A stretch of 64,000 nt of DNA from Nitrosopumilus sp. (GTDB lineage: Archaea > Thermoproteota > Nitrososphaeria > Nitrososphaerales > Nitrosopumilaceae). The position numbers and the translations under genes were made by a program. Positions 39,973 through 50,408 of the stretch are shown here, piece by piece (positions within the stretch are counted from its first letter, which is position 1; every line of letters starts with the position of its first letter). The stretch covers positions 576,001 through 640,000 of the forward strand of contig OZ242041.1 of the NCBI GenBank assembly GCA_965205215.1, in the 5' to 3' direction. The notes under the pieces were generated by a model. It made no database searches. It was not told the origin of the DNA and was given only the letters and a program-made list of their open reading frames with translations.

Positions 39973-40413
39973 TTACCGCATGAACCGGATTATCCGGTTC
40001 AGGCATACATGTGGTCTCTTCTCTATGTCGTGCTCCCACAGCCGTATGACAGCGTAACCCTCGCGCCTCAGTTTTCTAGACACCTTCCGGTCGCGCCTCA
40101 TGTTGCTCTCGATCTTGTCCCTCCAAAACTGTTTGAGCGACCCACACCTTTCCTCGTATCTGTAACCGTGCCAAAAGTCTCCGTCACAGAAGACCAGCGT
40201 CATCTTCCCGACCAGAAAGTCCGGGCTGCCGTAGATCTTCGGGTGCTGTCTGAACCGGATCTTGTTTGACTGGAGCAATCTGCGGGTCTTTATCTCGATG
40301 CCGGTGTTCTTGCCGCGTATCCTCGACATAATCCAGCTCCGTTTTTCCTTCGAGAAGATGTCGGTCACGTAACTGGATGTCACAAGCTTTGCTTTAGGGA
40401 TATCGTCGGACAC
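39973..40413 (-). CDS. vsr: Very short patch repair endonuclease
   Basis: D.FSKEKRSWIMSRIRGKNT, GSPDF, DGDFWHG, FW..KI..N..RD, RLWEH. Confidence 0.93.
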   Translation of the reverse strand: MSDDIPKAKLVTSSYVTDIFSKEKRSWIMSRIRGKNTGIEIKTRRLLQSNKIRFRQHPKIYGSPDFLVGKMTLVFCDGDFWHGYRYEERCGSLKQFWRDKIESNMRRDRKVSRKLRREGYAVIRLWEHDIEKRPHVCLNRIIRFMR

Positions 40414-41019
40414 CGATCTAGCAAATGTGCCGTCTCCCGGTTCGAGAAAACTCGGTTGATGACGGTTTATCCGTATTGGACAATTCTAGGCTAATCCAGA
40501 CGTATGTCTAGATCTTGTCACCCTGCATGACCAATTGAAGTCTTTTTGAGTTGCCAAGCTTGGTAAGAATCGATAGGGATAGACATCATGTCGGTGCACG
40601 ACTCGACCTTGTGCTGGGCTGCGACAGATGGATCAGGCTCATGCAGAATGCGGCCATCGGCACTGCCACTTGGCTCAGCGTATGGCAGCATAGCCAGCTT
40701 GCCGCAACAGGCCGACAAGCAAGAGACTCTCCCCTTGCCACTTTCGTATACGTCTGTCTGTTTCTCTACTGCGCAGTATCGTATCCTGCACGAGTCTAGG
40801 GTGTTACTATGCGGATTCATGATCTTGGGCCCCCAAATCTCCGCCGCACATTCATATGAGTACCCATCACCACATTCTCAAGAAAATCTTGCGCTGCGCC
40901 TTCATTGCATACTAGTGACCAAGTTTGCTTATTGCACCTAGGGTGCGTCTAGCAACTTTTGGATAAAACCAATGAGGGTATAAAAAGAAGCCAGAATGCT
41001 CGAAAAGTAGCATTGAAGT

Positions 41020-41349
41020 CTAGTTTTGATTTCGTGGAATAGGTTTTACGCATGAAAGGTTAGGTTCAAGCGCGTATTGCGATCCTACTGGCGTAAAACC
41101 TAACCTATTCCGTCCTATACTTGTATTATTATTGTAACCTTTTCTATTGCCAACAACAATACAATTAATTTTAGCATCATAGTGCTTTCCTCCCGGGTAT
41201 ATTTTACCCACTTTTATCACACCCAATTCGAGATTGGATTCTACTATAGTCAGTAGTTTTTGTTTACTGACTTCCCTCTTCATTCCCCATTTGGATCCAT
41301 ATATTTCACGCCTCCTTACGTGTTTGGATCCCATAGTATAGTATTGCAC
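41020..41349 (-). CDS. Low-GC hypothetical protein
   Basis: AT-rich ORF only, no recognisable motif. Confidence 0.35.
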   Translation of the reverse strand: MQYYTMGSKHVRRREIYGSKWGMKREVSKQKLLTIVESNLELGVIKVGKIYPGGKHYDAKINCIVVGNRKGYNNNTSIGRNRLGFTPVGSQYALEPNLSCVKPIPRNQN

Positions 41350-42220
41350 TCACATATATATAAAATATAGCACGCGAGAGGGGAGGGTTGGTGTGCATGA
41401 ATCCCAAAAACGGCCCAGACGTAGGGCCCTCCGCAATTTATTTCACGACATCGGCCGATCCAGACACGTACGCTCATGTTTATTGAAATTATATAAACAT
41501 ACTAGAAGCGAATATAAGATTGTGTTTCAATGGATGTGAAACGCTCAAACCATCAAGACAGTGGACTACTTGGTGGCGCTTACAAATGTGGCGCGACAGA
41601 TCCGAAAAAACCCGAAGGCGGGAGGTGTGGGACGTGACGGCCGCCCACAGGAGACAGGAAGGATGCCAGAAGCACTACGAGCGTGTGAATGCGAGGGACA
41701 CGAAGCATCTAGTGAGGGGCGTTAGCGCTCACGGTTCCCAGTAGCGCCGACGACACGTCCGCGCTTCCGGCATGCCCAAGAAGATCCGGCGAGCGGGATT
41801 TGACCCCCCCGGGCGTCGGTTCAATGTGGACAGGACGTATTACTCGAACCTCAACTGCGATAGGATGTTTGAGATGGGATGATCCACAATATCGAGCAGC
41901 GCGGATCAACTCCTGACGGCTCGACAGGGGGCGGAACATTGTGTGGAATGGCAGGGTGCTGGGCCGACTCAGGTGCGCAAACGAGCTCTGCATACCAATA
42001 TCGCCCTACGGTAGGACATCCGCCACATGAGGCGTCGGTTCAGGCGGCGTTTACGGGCCAAAAAACCTGCGTATGTGAACGCATACGTATTGGACAGCGG
42101 CCAAAACAGATGGATTTTGATGATTTATGCCCCGACTTTCCGCGCAGTGAGGGGATTTACCAGATGGTTTGACTGTGGTGTCCAAGAAACATGTTTTAGA
42201 GGGAGGCATACTTCACGTGT

Positions 42221-43291
42221 ATGGCACGTAGGGCAAACCCCCCACCGGCAGCAGTAGATCTGTTTTGTGGTGCAGGCGGGCTTTCGTATGGCATGCAACA
42301 GGCGGGTATCACTATATGTGGTGGCATAGACATAGATCCTGCGTGCAGGCACCCATTCGAAACAAACGTTGGCGCTAGATTTCACAGGATGGATGCCAAG
42401 GATCTAACCCCCGAATTCATACTGCCCATGTTTCCACGCGGCGCGCCTAAGATTCTTGCAGGATGCGCCCCCTGCCAACCGTTTTCGTCGTATGCCCGGC
42501 GCACGGAAAAAGACAGGTGGAAACTGCTCTCAAAGTTCGGTGAGCTGGTGGAGCAAGTACGGCCCGACGTCGTCACCATGGAAAACGTCCCAGGGCTTGC
42601 CAGATATCCAATATTTGCAAGGTATGTGAAGATATTAGAGAGATCCGGGTATGACTGCTGGCATTCTGTCATTGAATGTGCCGCGTATGGGATACCGCAG
42701 ACGAGGAAGCGTCTCGTCCTGCTCGCCTCGCGGCTAGGCCCTATAGCGATGCTGCCGCCGACTCACGCACCCGGCTCTCATGTGACTGTGATGGACACAA
42801 TAGGGAGCCTAGAACGCATCAAAGCCGGCGGAACATCGGATTCAGACCGCCTGCACAGATCCAGCACGCTGTCAGAAAAAAACATGGAGCGCATCAAATG
42901 CTCCGTTCCCGGTGGGACATGGAAAGGATGGAATCCTAAGCTCAGGGCAGCATGCCATATTAGGGAGACAGGCAAAACGTACCGTAACGTGTACGGAAGG
43001 ATGGAATGGAACTCTCTTGGACCAACAATAACCACACAGTTCAACGGGTTCGGTAACGGCCGGTTTGGACACCCGGAGCAACATCGCGCCATCTCGCTTC
43101 GCGAAGGTGCCCTGCTACAGACGTTCCCGCCTGACTACTCGTTCGTGCCAGAGGGAGGCGAGATCGAAATTAACACCGTGGCCAGAATGATAGGCAACGC
43201 AGTTCCTGTCAAGCTTGGCGAGGCCATAGGAGAGAGCATAGCAGCGCACCTAGAATTGGCAACAGAAGGACGTGGATGCAATAGCTCCTAA
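42221..43291 (+). CDS. Second DNA cytosine-5 methyltransferase
   Basis: DLFCGAGG, GCAPCQPFS, ENVPG, PQTRKR, HPEQHR.ISLRE, IGNAVP. Confidence 0.92.
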   Translation: MARRANPPPAAVDLFCGAGGLSYGMQQAGITICGGIDIDPACRHPFETNVGARFHRMDAKDLTPEFILPMFPRGAPKILAGCAPCQPFSSYARRTEKDRWKLLSKFGELVEQVRPDVVTMENVPGLARYPIFARYVKILERSGYDCWHSVIECAAYGIPQTRKRLVLLASRLGPIAMLPPTHAPGSHVTVMDTIGSLERIKAGGTSDSDRLHRSSTLSEKNMERIKCSVPGGTWKGWNPKLRAACHIRETGKTYRNVYGRMEWNSLGPTITTQFNGFGNGRFGHPEQHRAISLREGALLQTFPPDYSFVPEGGEIEINTVARMIGNAVPVKLGEAIGESIAAHLELATEGRGCNSS

Positions 43292-45263
43292 CACCTACAC
43301 AATGCGTATAAGTCTGAATGCGCTGAAGCATTTGGGAATAGGGCTCTACAGCAACATACCATCTGTCTTGTCCGAAGCCGTCGCCAATGCGTGGGATGCC
43401 GACGCTGCAAACGTCAAGATAAAAACAGACCGGGAGAGAAAGACGATCACGATAGAAGACGACGGGGTGGGCATGAGCATATCCGATGCCAACCGCAAAT
43501 ATCTGCGTGTGGGATACCCACGCAGGGAAGACAGCGGCGACATGACGGCCAAAGGTAGGCCCGTAATGGGACGAAAGGGCATTGGCAAGCTTTCGTTGTT
43601 TTCCGTGGCCAATACCATTACAGTACACAGCGTCAAAGGCGGAGAATGTCACGGATTCGTAATGGATGCAGAGAAAATAAAAAGTACACTCGGACAAGAC
43701 CGCGTTTCCGAATACCATCCAGATTCCGTGAGTCCTGCCCCCGATCTGTCGCGAGGGACGCGTCTAACTCTCTCGGACATAAAACCGCAAATGCGCAGCA
43801 CCAGCATAGATGCACTGAAAAAGAAAATCTCCCGTAGGTTCAACATACTGGACAACGGCTTCCGCGTAACACTTGACGGATATCACGTCACATTTCGAGA
43901 TCGTGATTACCACAACAAGCTTCAGTATGTGTGGGTATTCGGAGATCTTGGAGCCACAGTGATCCCGGAGACGGAAGATCTCCGACACGAAAAACTGGAT
44001 TCCACGGTAGATATTGATGGGCGCACTGTAAAAATTGACGGATGGATTGGAACTGCTACACAGTCGGGACAGCTGAAGGACGGCGATCAGAACATCAACA
44101 AGATCTCCGTGATGGTCAGAGGAAAAATGGCGCAGGACGACATACTTGGAGAGATGAGTGAAGGCAGGCTGTTCAGCAAATACATCATAGGGGAAGTATA
44201 TGCAGATTTTTTGGATCAAAGTGATGGTGAGGACATCATGACCACCAACAGGCAAAAAATCATGGAAGACGATCCGCGATACATTGCACTGATAGACAAG
44301 ATCAAGAACGATCTTAACACCATAGGCTCCAAATGGACCAATCTGAGAAACGAAGAGGGGGAGAAGACCGCACTCAAAATAAACGAGATTGGCAAGTGGT
44401 ACAACGAACTTCCTAGTGACCGTCGAGCGGCCGCCAAGAAGATGTTTGGCAAGATCAACCAGCTGCCCATTGACAATGAAGACGATAAGCGCCGCCTGTT
44501 CATAGGCGGCATACTGGCGTTTGAAAGCCTGAAACTCAGGGACATGCTTGACAAGCTAGAACGACTAGATGTAGACGGCCTAGACATGTTGAAGGAAATA
44601 TTCTTGCAGCTAGACGACCTTGAGGCCAGCTCGTACTACCAGACAGTCAAGAACCGGCTGACGGTAATTCAGAGGCTGAAAGATGTAGTTGACGACGACG
44701 AATTGGAAAAAGTTGTGCAGCAGCTCATATTTGACCACCTGTGGCTTATAGACCCGACATGGAAGAGAATCGAGGGTACGGAAAGGAACGAGTCACTGAT
44801 ACGCACAGAGTTCGACAAAATTACCGCAAAACTGACGGAAGAAGAAAAGAATGGCAGGATCGACATACAGTACAAGGCGATGGACAATAGCCATGTCATT
44901 ATAGAGTTAAAGCGCCCGGGCGTCGTCACTGAAACCGCTGCTGTCATCAAGCAGATTAGTAAATACAAATCAGCTGTCACAAAGATCCTCCAACAATCTG
45001 AATCTGAATCACCAGAGACGGTGAAGGCCGTATGTGTGCTGGGAAAGAGCTTAAGGGATTGGGGTAAAAATGACGAAGGCCGAAACGAATCGATCAAAGC
45101 ACTTTCCGCATATTCGATCAAAATCCTATTCTACGAAGGTCTGATCTCCAGCGCCGAACGGACACACGCCGAGTATTTAAAAAAGCAAAAGGAGGTCTCC
45201 CGAGTATACAGACTCATTACGGGCATTAGCGTTGGCGACAAGGAAGTCATGAACCCGTCGTGA
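43272..45263 (+). CDS. MORC/GHKL ATPase with C-terminal PD-(D/E)xK nuclease-like domain
   Basis: EAVANAWDADA, DDGVGM, GRKGIGKL, HLWLIDP, RIDI...IIELKRP; overlaps the MTase stop. Confidence 0.85.
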   Translation: MDAIAPNTYTMRISLNALKHLGIGLYSNIPSVLSEAVANAWDADAANVKIKTDRERKTITIEDDGVGMSISDANRKYLRVGYPRREDSGDMTAKGRPVMGRKGIGKLSLFSVANTITVHSVKGGECHGFVMDAEKIKSTLGQDRVSEYHPDSVSPAPDLSRGTRLTLSDIKPQMRSTSIDALKKKISRRFNILDNGFRVTLDGYHVTFRDRDYHNKLQYVWVFGDLGATVIPETEDLRHEKLDSTVDIDGRTVKIDGWIGTATQSGQLKDGDQNINKISVMVRGKMAQDDILGEMSEGRLFSKYIIGEVYADFLDQSDGEDIMTTNRQKIMEDDPRYIALIDKIKNDLNTIGSKWTNLRNEEGEKTALKINEIGKWYNELPSDRRAAAKKMFGKINQLPIDNEDDKRRLFIGGILAFESLKLRDMLDKLERLDVDGLDMLKEIFLQLDDLEASSYYQTVKNRLTVIQRLKDVVDDDELEKVVQQLIFDHLWLIDPTWKRIEGTERNESLIRTEFDKITAKLTEEEKNGRIDIQYKAMDNSHVIIELKRPGVVTETAAVIKQISKYKSAVTKILQQSESESPETVKAVCVLGKSLRDWGKNDEGRNESIKALSAYSIKILFYEGLISSAERTHAEYLKKQKEVSRVYRLITGISVGDKEVMNPS

Positions 45264-46130
45264 GTCGTAAGGGCCAACCGTTGCACCGTTACACACGGGG
45301 ATGTAAAGATACAGGCGCTCGACAAAGGTCTAAAACTAGGCGTTGGACAGTTGAAGTCTGATCTCAAAGACGGGATAACAAAGAAAGTCTTTTCACAACA
45401 GTTAAGAAACAAATTCACTCCTCCAATAACATGGTTGGACGTTGCGAGGTGTGTGGTAAGAGTTGTAGTGGTTACGTATGCGAAGAACACGCTTGTGCTC
45501 ATTGTGGTATACGCCCAGTCAAAAAAGGCAGCAGTTATTGTGTAGTTGATAACATATACGACCGATTAAATAAAATGCCCTAGTCATCCTTTACCTTCTA
45601 ACTAGGTGCCGATTGTCCACTCTAATCTCGGTTCTGTCTCGCAAGATGGTGGATATAGCTAGAGGTCAATATGGACGTATTCCTATAGAATCTAGTAAGA
45701 GGCTTTCTTCGTGATGACGTAGGTAGAGGACAGATGACGCGCGTCCCTGAACTTCAAGAACTGAAACATCTGTTTGGCCGTATTGGCGGTCTTATGACCG
45801 TCTCCTGTGTTCCACTTGTTTGTACGTATAGCCCTAATGAATACACATTTTGTCCATAGTCAGGTCGGAAGAGGTGGTGTGACTGAGCCGGACTTCCAGC
45901 CGCGATGATAAATCGGATAATTTCTATGTGAGTATCGCTGCTGCCTATTTTCGACACTTCTGCCCAAGCCCTTCTTGGCCGTTGCGAGAGTTGGGCTCTG
46001 TCGTGGAAAAACTGAGCGCGATAAGGCCGTCGACGTATTGGGTATGTGGCTGGAACCCGCTCCCGTGATGCGGAAGCGTGATAGTATGACGGAGGTGTGC
46101 GGAGACACGGCTGATTGCTGTTGGTTCCGA

Positions 46131-46330
46131 CGGTGCCCGTGCTGTGCCGGTGCCCGTGCTGTGCCGGTGCCCGTGCTGTGCCGGTGCCCGTGCTGTGCCG
46201 GTGCCCGTGCTGTGCCGGTGCCCGTGCTGTGCCGGTGCCCGTGCTGTGCCGGTGCCCGTGCTGTGCCGGTGCCCGTGCTGTGCCGGTGCCCGTGCTGTGC
46301 CGGTGCCCGTGCTGTGCCGGTGCCCGTGCT
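46131..46330. repeat. Perfect 17-bp tandem repeat (cggtgcccgtgctgtgc) x ~11.8
   Basis: Directly visible. Confidence 0.95.
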
Positions 46331-46928
46331 AGTATCCCCCCCCATGCCTAGCGCCTGTCAAAGTCTACAAAGTTGACGACATTGTCGACACCTATGCCTG
46401 GAACGCCCAAAAAGTCTACAGGTCTAGACACCTCGTGTGAAGGCGCGACGTACTTGACGGGTCTAGTCAAACCGTACGACTGCTGGCCTCGGAGCGGCGA
46501 CGCGTGCCGTATGCTGCCGCGACATTCTGACTGCTCATGTCTGGAAGATGATGTGCGCAAAGCCAGATCCCGCGCAGATCAATCTTCGACAGTGAGAAAA
46601 GCTGTGGACCTGACGTAAGCGGGGGACGAGCTGCCGTTCTGGGCGCAGACCATTTCCCGGGCTGATCAACGCGGCGCGCTCTTGAAGTCGGCGCATGTCG
46701 TGGGACGACTGAACGGTGAGTACGTCGGCGCGCCGTCAGATGGTGTGTTTTTCGCGGGAAGTCGGGCCGCCAGGCCCGACCGTATGTGGGAGGGGGCCGC
46801 CGCTAGGCGGCCCCCGGCCGTTTCGTGATTGCTGTGCGTGAGGAACATTCGTTTTTTCGTGTCCGTGAGTAAATGCAAGGTGATCTGCCCGCCGGGCCGT
46901 GTACGATGGATCTGCGGGTGCCGCTCGT

Positions 46929-47045
46929 ATGCACGTTGTACACGTGTTTAATGCAGATTGTGCAGCGCCGTAATGCAGATTGTGCACGTGGGAAAACCCC
47001 GTGAATGCAGATTGTGCAGCGCCGTAATGCAGATTGTGCACGTGG
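46929..47045 (+). repeat. atgcagattgtgca repeats (spacing 22/22/32/22) upstream of AbrB-like gene 1
   Basis: Copies at 46951, 46973, 47005, 47027 and a degenerate copy at 46929. Confidence 0.85.
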
Positions 47046-47119
47046 GAGACACCCTTGCGGGCCGTTTACGAGCATGTCGTGCATTTTCGGCCTTTTATGC
47101 ATCTGCGGGTTTGCGGTAC

Positions 47120-47443
47120 ATGGAGGTTGAAGACATACAGAGAAAGATCCAGTTCCGACAGGGTTCCTATACCGTCACCATACCGCTCCGGATAGTCCAC
47201 ACGCTGGGGATCCGCAAGAACCAGTACGTTAGGTTCGCCGTCTCAAAGAACAAGGTCATCATAAAGCCCGTCGAGTCCAACATTACGAAAAAGGATGTGG
47301 CCGAGGCCGACCGTGACTCTGCCGCGCTCGACAGGTACGGGGAGCCGAAGGATGCCGGTTACATGGGGGATCTCGCCGAGGCCCTAGCGCGCAGGCCGGA
47401 TGATGTGGGGCCCGGCCGAATCGAGAAGCTCAGGATGAAGTGA
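47120..47443 (+). CDS. AbrB/MazE/SpoVT-fold DNA-binding protein 1
   Basis: RKIQFRQGSYTVTIP....LGIRKNQYVRF....KVIIKP. Confidence 0.85.
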   Translation: MEVEDIQRKIQFRQGSYTVTIPLRIVHTLGIRKNQYVRFAVSKNKVIIKPVESNITKKDVAEADRDSAALDRYGEPKDAGYMGDLAEALARRPDDVGPGRIEKLRMK

Positions 47444-48363
47444 CAGTCATGTACGCGTGTTTTTTCTGCTCCCCCTCCGTCTAGCCGCTCCACTCTCCCT
47501 TATCGGGAGGGGGAAGGCTCTTGGATAATCGTGATGCTCGGCCAAGCCCGGTCTAGGCCCGCCCTGCAATGTTGTACGTGGCGTTCTCCGGGCGGCTCTG
47601 GATCCCGCCTGCGTACTCTGGCTCGACGCTTCTCGGAACCTTCTGGTAGTCACAGGCCACAAAGTCGGCCCGGTCCCCACCCTCTTTGAGCCATCGGGAG
47701 GCCATGGCCGCGGACTATCCCTCTGAGATGCGCCTTTGCTGTCTTTGCCGCCGGACCCGCTGACGGCGGTGCAGGTGTCGGTGCCTCCGTGTCTGATGCC
47801 TGCCAGAGTCGACAGAGTCGCGCTTGGAGCCTGCTAGTTGGGGGGGAGAACGGCTGGTCTCGATCAGCGGAGTTGACAAAGATGTGTACCTCCCATCAAC
47901 AGTGGACAGTCTCATGCTGTGTCCCTGCCGCTTGATTCGTCCATGCCTGGTGAAAAATTGGAGCGCAAGCGCGAAGAGCTCCGAAGATACGGCCCTCCCG
48001 TGCTGAATCAACAGCGGGAATTCAACCGTCTTGGGTCGGGAAAGATTCGAGAGCAGGAGCCGCCGGATGACCGGACCCATGTCAGGGATGCCATGACGGG
48101 ACGCGCCCCGGAGTGTGCCGCCAAGCAAACGGAACGGCCGCGCCGTGTCCTGGATCCGTACGATGCTGCGCGCTGTGTTTGGGCTGCCGGCTTGAGACGT
48201 CGGCCGGGGCGGATTCGCGCCTGTCAAGTGGACCCCCGGTCCTGCCGGAGGAGCGCCGGCTTGACGGCGCCTGTATGTGGAGTGTGTCGGGGGAGCGCCG
48301 GTCGTCGTCTGGGTGACATGCCAATATGCGAACGCGGTATCCGACTCGTGCCGTCAAGTCATA

Positions 48364-48640
48364 TTGCATGTTTCACATGCTTTGCAGGTGCGCCGTACGC
48401 GCGCTTTACAGGCTTTGCCGGCATGCAGGACGCGTGTTTCACATGTCTTACCGGTATGCCGGACACCTGCTTTACATGATCTGCCTGCGTTCCGGGCGCA
48501 TGTTTCACATGCTTTGCCTGTGCGCCGTACGCCGGCTTTACCGGCTTTACCGGCTCTTCCTGCTTTGCCTGCGTTCCGGGCGCATGTTTCACATGCTTTG
48601 CCTGTGCGCCGTACGCCGGCTTTACCGGCTTTGCCAGCTT
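48364..48640 (+). repeat. Degenerate 33-bp-period array (core tttcacatgcttt) upstream of AbrB-like gene 2
   Basis: Cores at 48371, 48404, 48437, 48470, 48503, 48536, then a partial duplication. Confidence 0.85.
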
Positions 48641-48673
48641 TTACCCTTAAGTGGATATGACGCGTCAGGGGCC

Positions 48674-48979
48674 ATGGAAGAGGAGATAATCGAGCGCACG
48701 GTGCAGCTGAACCGGGGATCGTTCATCCTGACGATACCGCAGGCCATAGCAAAAGAGGCGGGGATCCGCAAGGGGCAGGGCGTCAGGTTCCGCGTCAGGG
48801 ACGGGGAGATCGTGATAAGCCCCACCGACATCCTGGGCGGCAGTGAGTCCGACCCGGCAGGCCCCGACAAGTACAAGAGGGCCATAGAGGAGATGATGGC
48901 AAAGGACAGTGCCGAAAGGTCCGGCGGCCGGGGCACGGCATCCGGGAAAAGCAAGCTGGAAAGGCTCCGGCTCAAATGA
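48674..48979 (+). CDS. AbrB/MazE/SpoVT-fold DNA-binding protein 2
   Basis: RTVQLNRGSFILTIP....AGIRKGQGVRF..RDGEIVISP; tail SGKSKLERLRLK. Confidence 0.85.
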   Translation: MEEEIIERTVQLNRGSFILTIPQAIAKEAGIRKGQGVRFRVRDGEIVISPTDILGGSESDPAGPDKYKRAIEEMMAKDSAERSGGRGTASGKSKLERLRLK

Positions 48980-49449
48980 CCGTCCCGTATCCCGCGCCTC
49001 TCCTCGTCTGAGCGCCGCGCAGGCCTGCCGCACCCCCGGGCTCTGGGACCGCACGCGGCACCGTCCAAGCCGCATCTTTTTCCGCGTGTCTCCATCAAGC
49101 GTGTCCGGGACGGCCCCGCACCCCCACCCGCCGGCCCGATCTCCACCGGGCGCGCCGTTGTCACCCGGGCGCCGCCGGGTCCGTCCCCGCCGTCCTTCAC
49201 TCTGCGCGTCTTTCGGACCCTAGAGTACCGCGCATGGCACGTCTCTGATGACAACGGGAATCTCCAATTCGGGTGCGGTTCAGTAGCCGGGCATCTGCCA
49301 TGTCGTTTTCAGACTGATCTCTCAAGGCCCCTTGGGCATGTCCGCTCCCGCCCTGCATGCCTCACCGCTTACTATTCGTCACACGGCCCGATTCCACACC
49401 TCTGGATCCCCCCCCGCCTGCACGATGCCTGTTTTCTGGGCGTACCGGG

Positions 49450-50300
49450 ATCGCCCGGGGGATGATCTGCTGCGGAGGCGGCAACGGTGGCACGGCGGGC
49501 TTTGGCGGTTACCCGCAAAGTTTCATAGAGCGCTATGAAAGTTTGCGGGTAAGCTGTATGCCGGGGGGCCGCCTAGGTGATGATTTACAGTGGGAACAAC
49601 GGCAGCACGACGGCGGGGACGAACTGCGGCAGTTACCCGGTAACAATCATAGAGCACTATGATTGTTACCGGGTAACTGCGGCGGCGGCGGCGGACGTAT
49701 CCATGTCACGGAACGCCTGCCTCCGGATTGGCCGCTGCCGGTAGCAGCGCACTCCGTACATGCGCGTAGCGCCCCCGGCCACACCAATTCGTTACAAGGC
49801 GGCCTAACATCTGCGCCGATCCGTCTTGTTCGTGTAAGGGCGTTTCCAAGGGACCGGTTGTGGTGGGACGGTGGGATAACGGCAGAGCGCTTACCCGGAA
49901 ACAATCATAGAGCTTGTTGATTGTTTCCGGGTAACTCGACTGCACGCCTTGGAGGCCGCCCGGGAGATGATCTGCGGTGAAGACAACGGCAGTACAGCGG
50001 CGGGAACGGGCTGCGGCGGTTACGCGCGAAGTTTCATAGAGCTCTATGATTCTTTGCGCGTAACCCAGCTGCATGCCTAGGGGCCGCCCGGGGGATGATC
50101 TGCAGTGGAGCCAGCCACGGCAGCGCGGCGGCAGGAACGGGTTTCGGTAGCCATACCCGGAAAGAATCATAGAGCTCTATGATTGTTTCCGGGTACGTGC
50201 GTCGCAGATGGTGGGACGTACTAGTATCGTGAAATGCCTGCTTCCGACTTGGCCGTTGCTGGCAGCTGTAGACTTCTGTGCACGCGCGCAACGTCCCGCC
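49450..50300. repeat. Array of 44-bp hairpins within ~125-130-bp degenerate units
   Basis: ttacccg...catag-N4-ctatg...cgggtaa at 49509, 49633, 49891, 50020, 50153. Confidence 0.85.
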
Positions 50301-50408
50301 GCGGGTCCACTGCCCATCTCTAGGCCCGGGCAGGGGAAGAGGTGGCTGGACGTCTACAACCATTCCGCGCGCCGAGTTTTTATGCCATGCATATCGGAGA
50401 TAACTGGC

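Noticed and set aside
41790-41812. tRNA-like att remnant gcgggatttgacccc
   Set aside because: Short, imperfect and without a partner repeat.
40450-42200. Short ORFs between vsr and the second MTase
   Set aside because: No recognisable motifs; likely pseudogene debris. Only the 41020-41349 ORF is listed, at low confidence.
46131-46330. Possible CRISPR array or Cys-rich repeat protein
   Set aside because: Perfect 17-bp tandem repeat with no spacers. The ORFs over it are open only because the unit lacks stop codons.
49450-50300. CRISPR, TIGR or integron attC interpretation of the hairpin array
   Set aside because: Linkers are homologous to each other rather than unique. No Cas or Nop-domain gene is recognisable, and the box C-like match is only partial. 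The ends read GTTACCC...GGGTAAC rather than RYYYAAC...GTTRRRY. Kept as an unexplained array.
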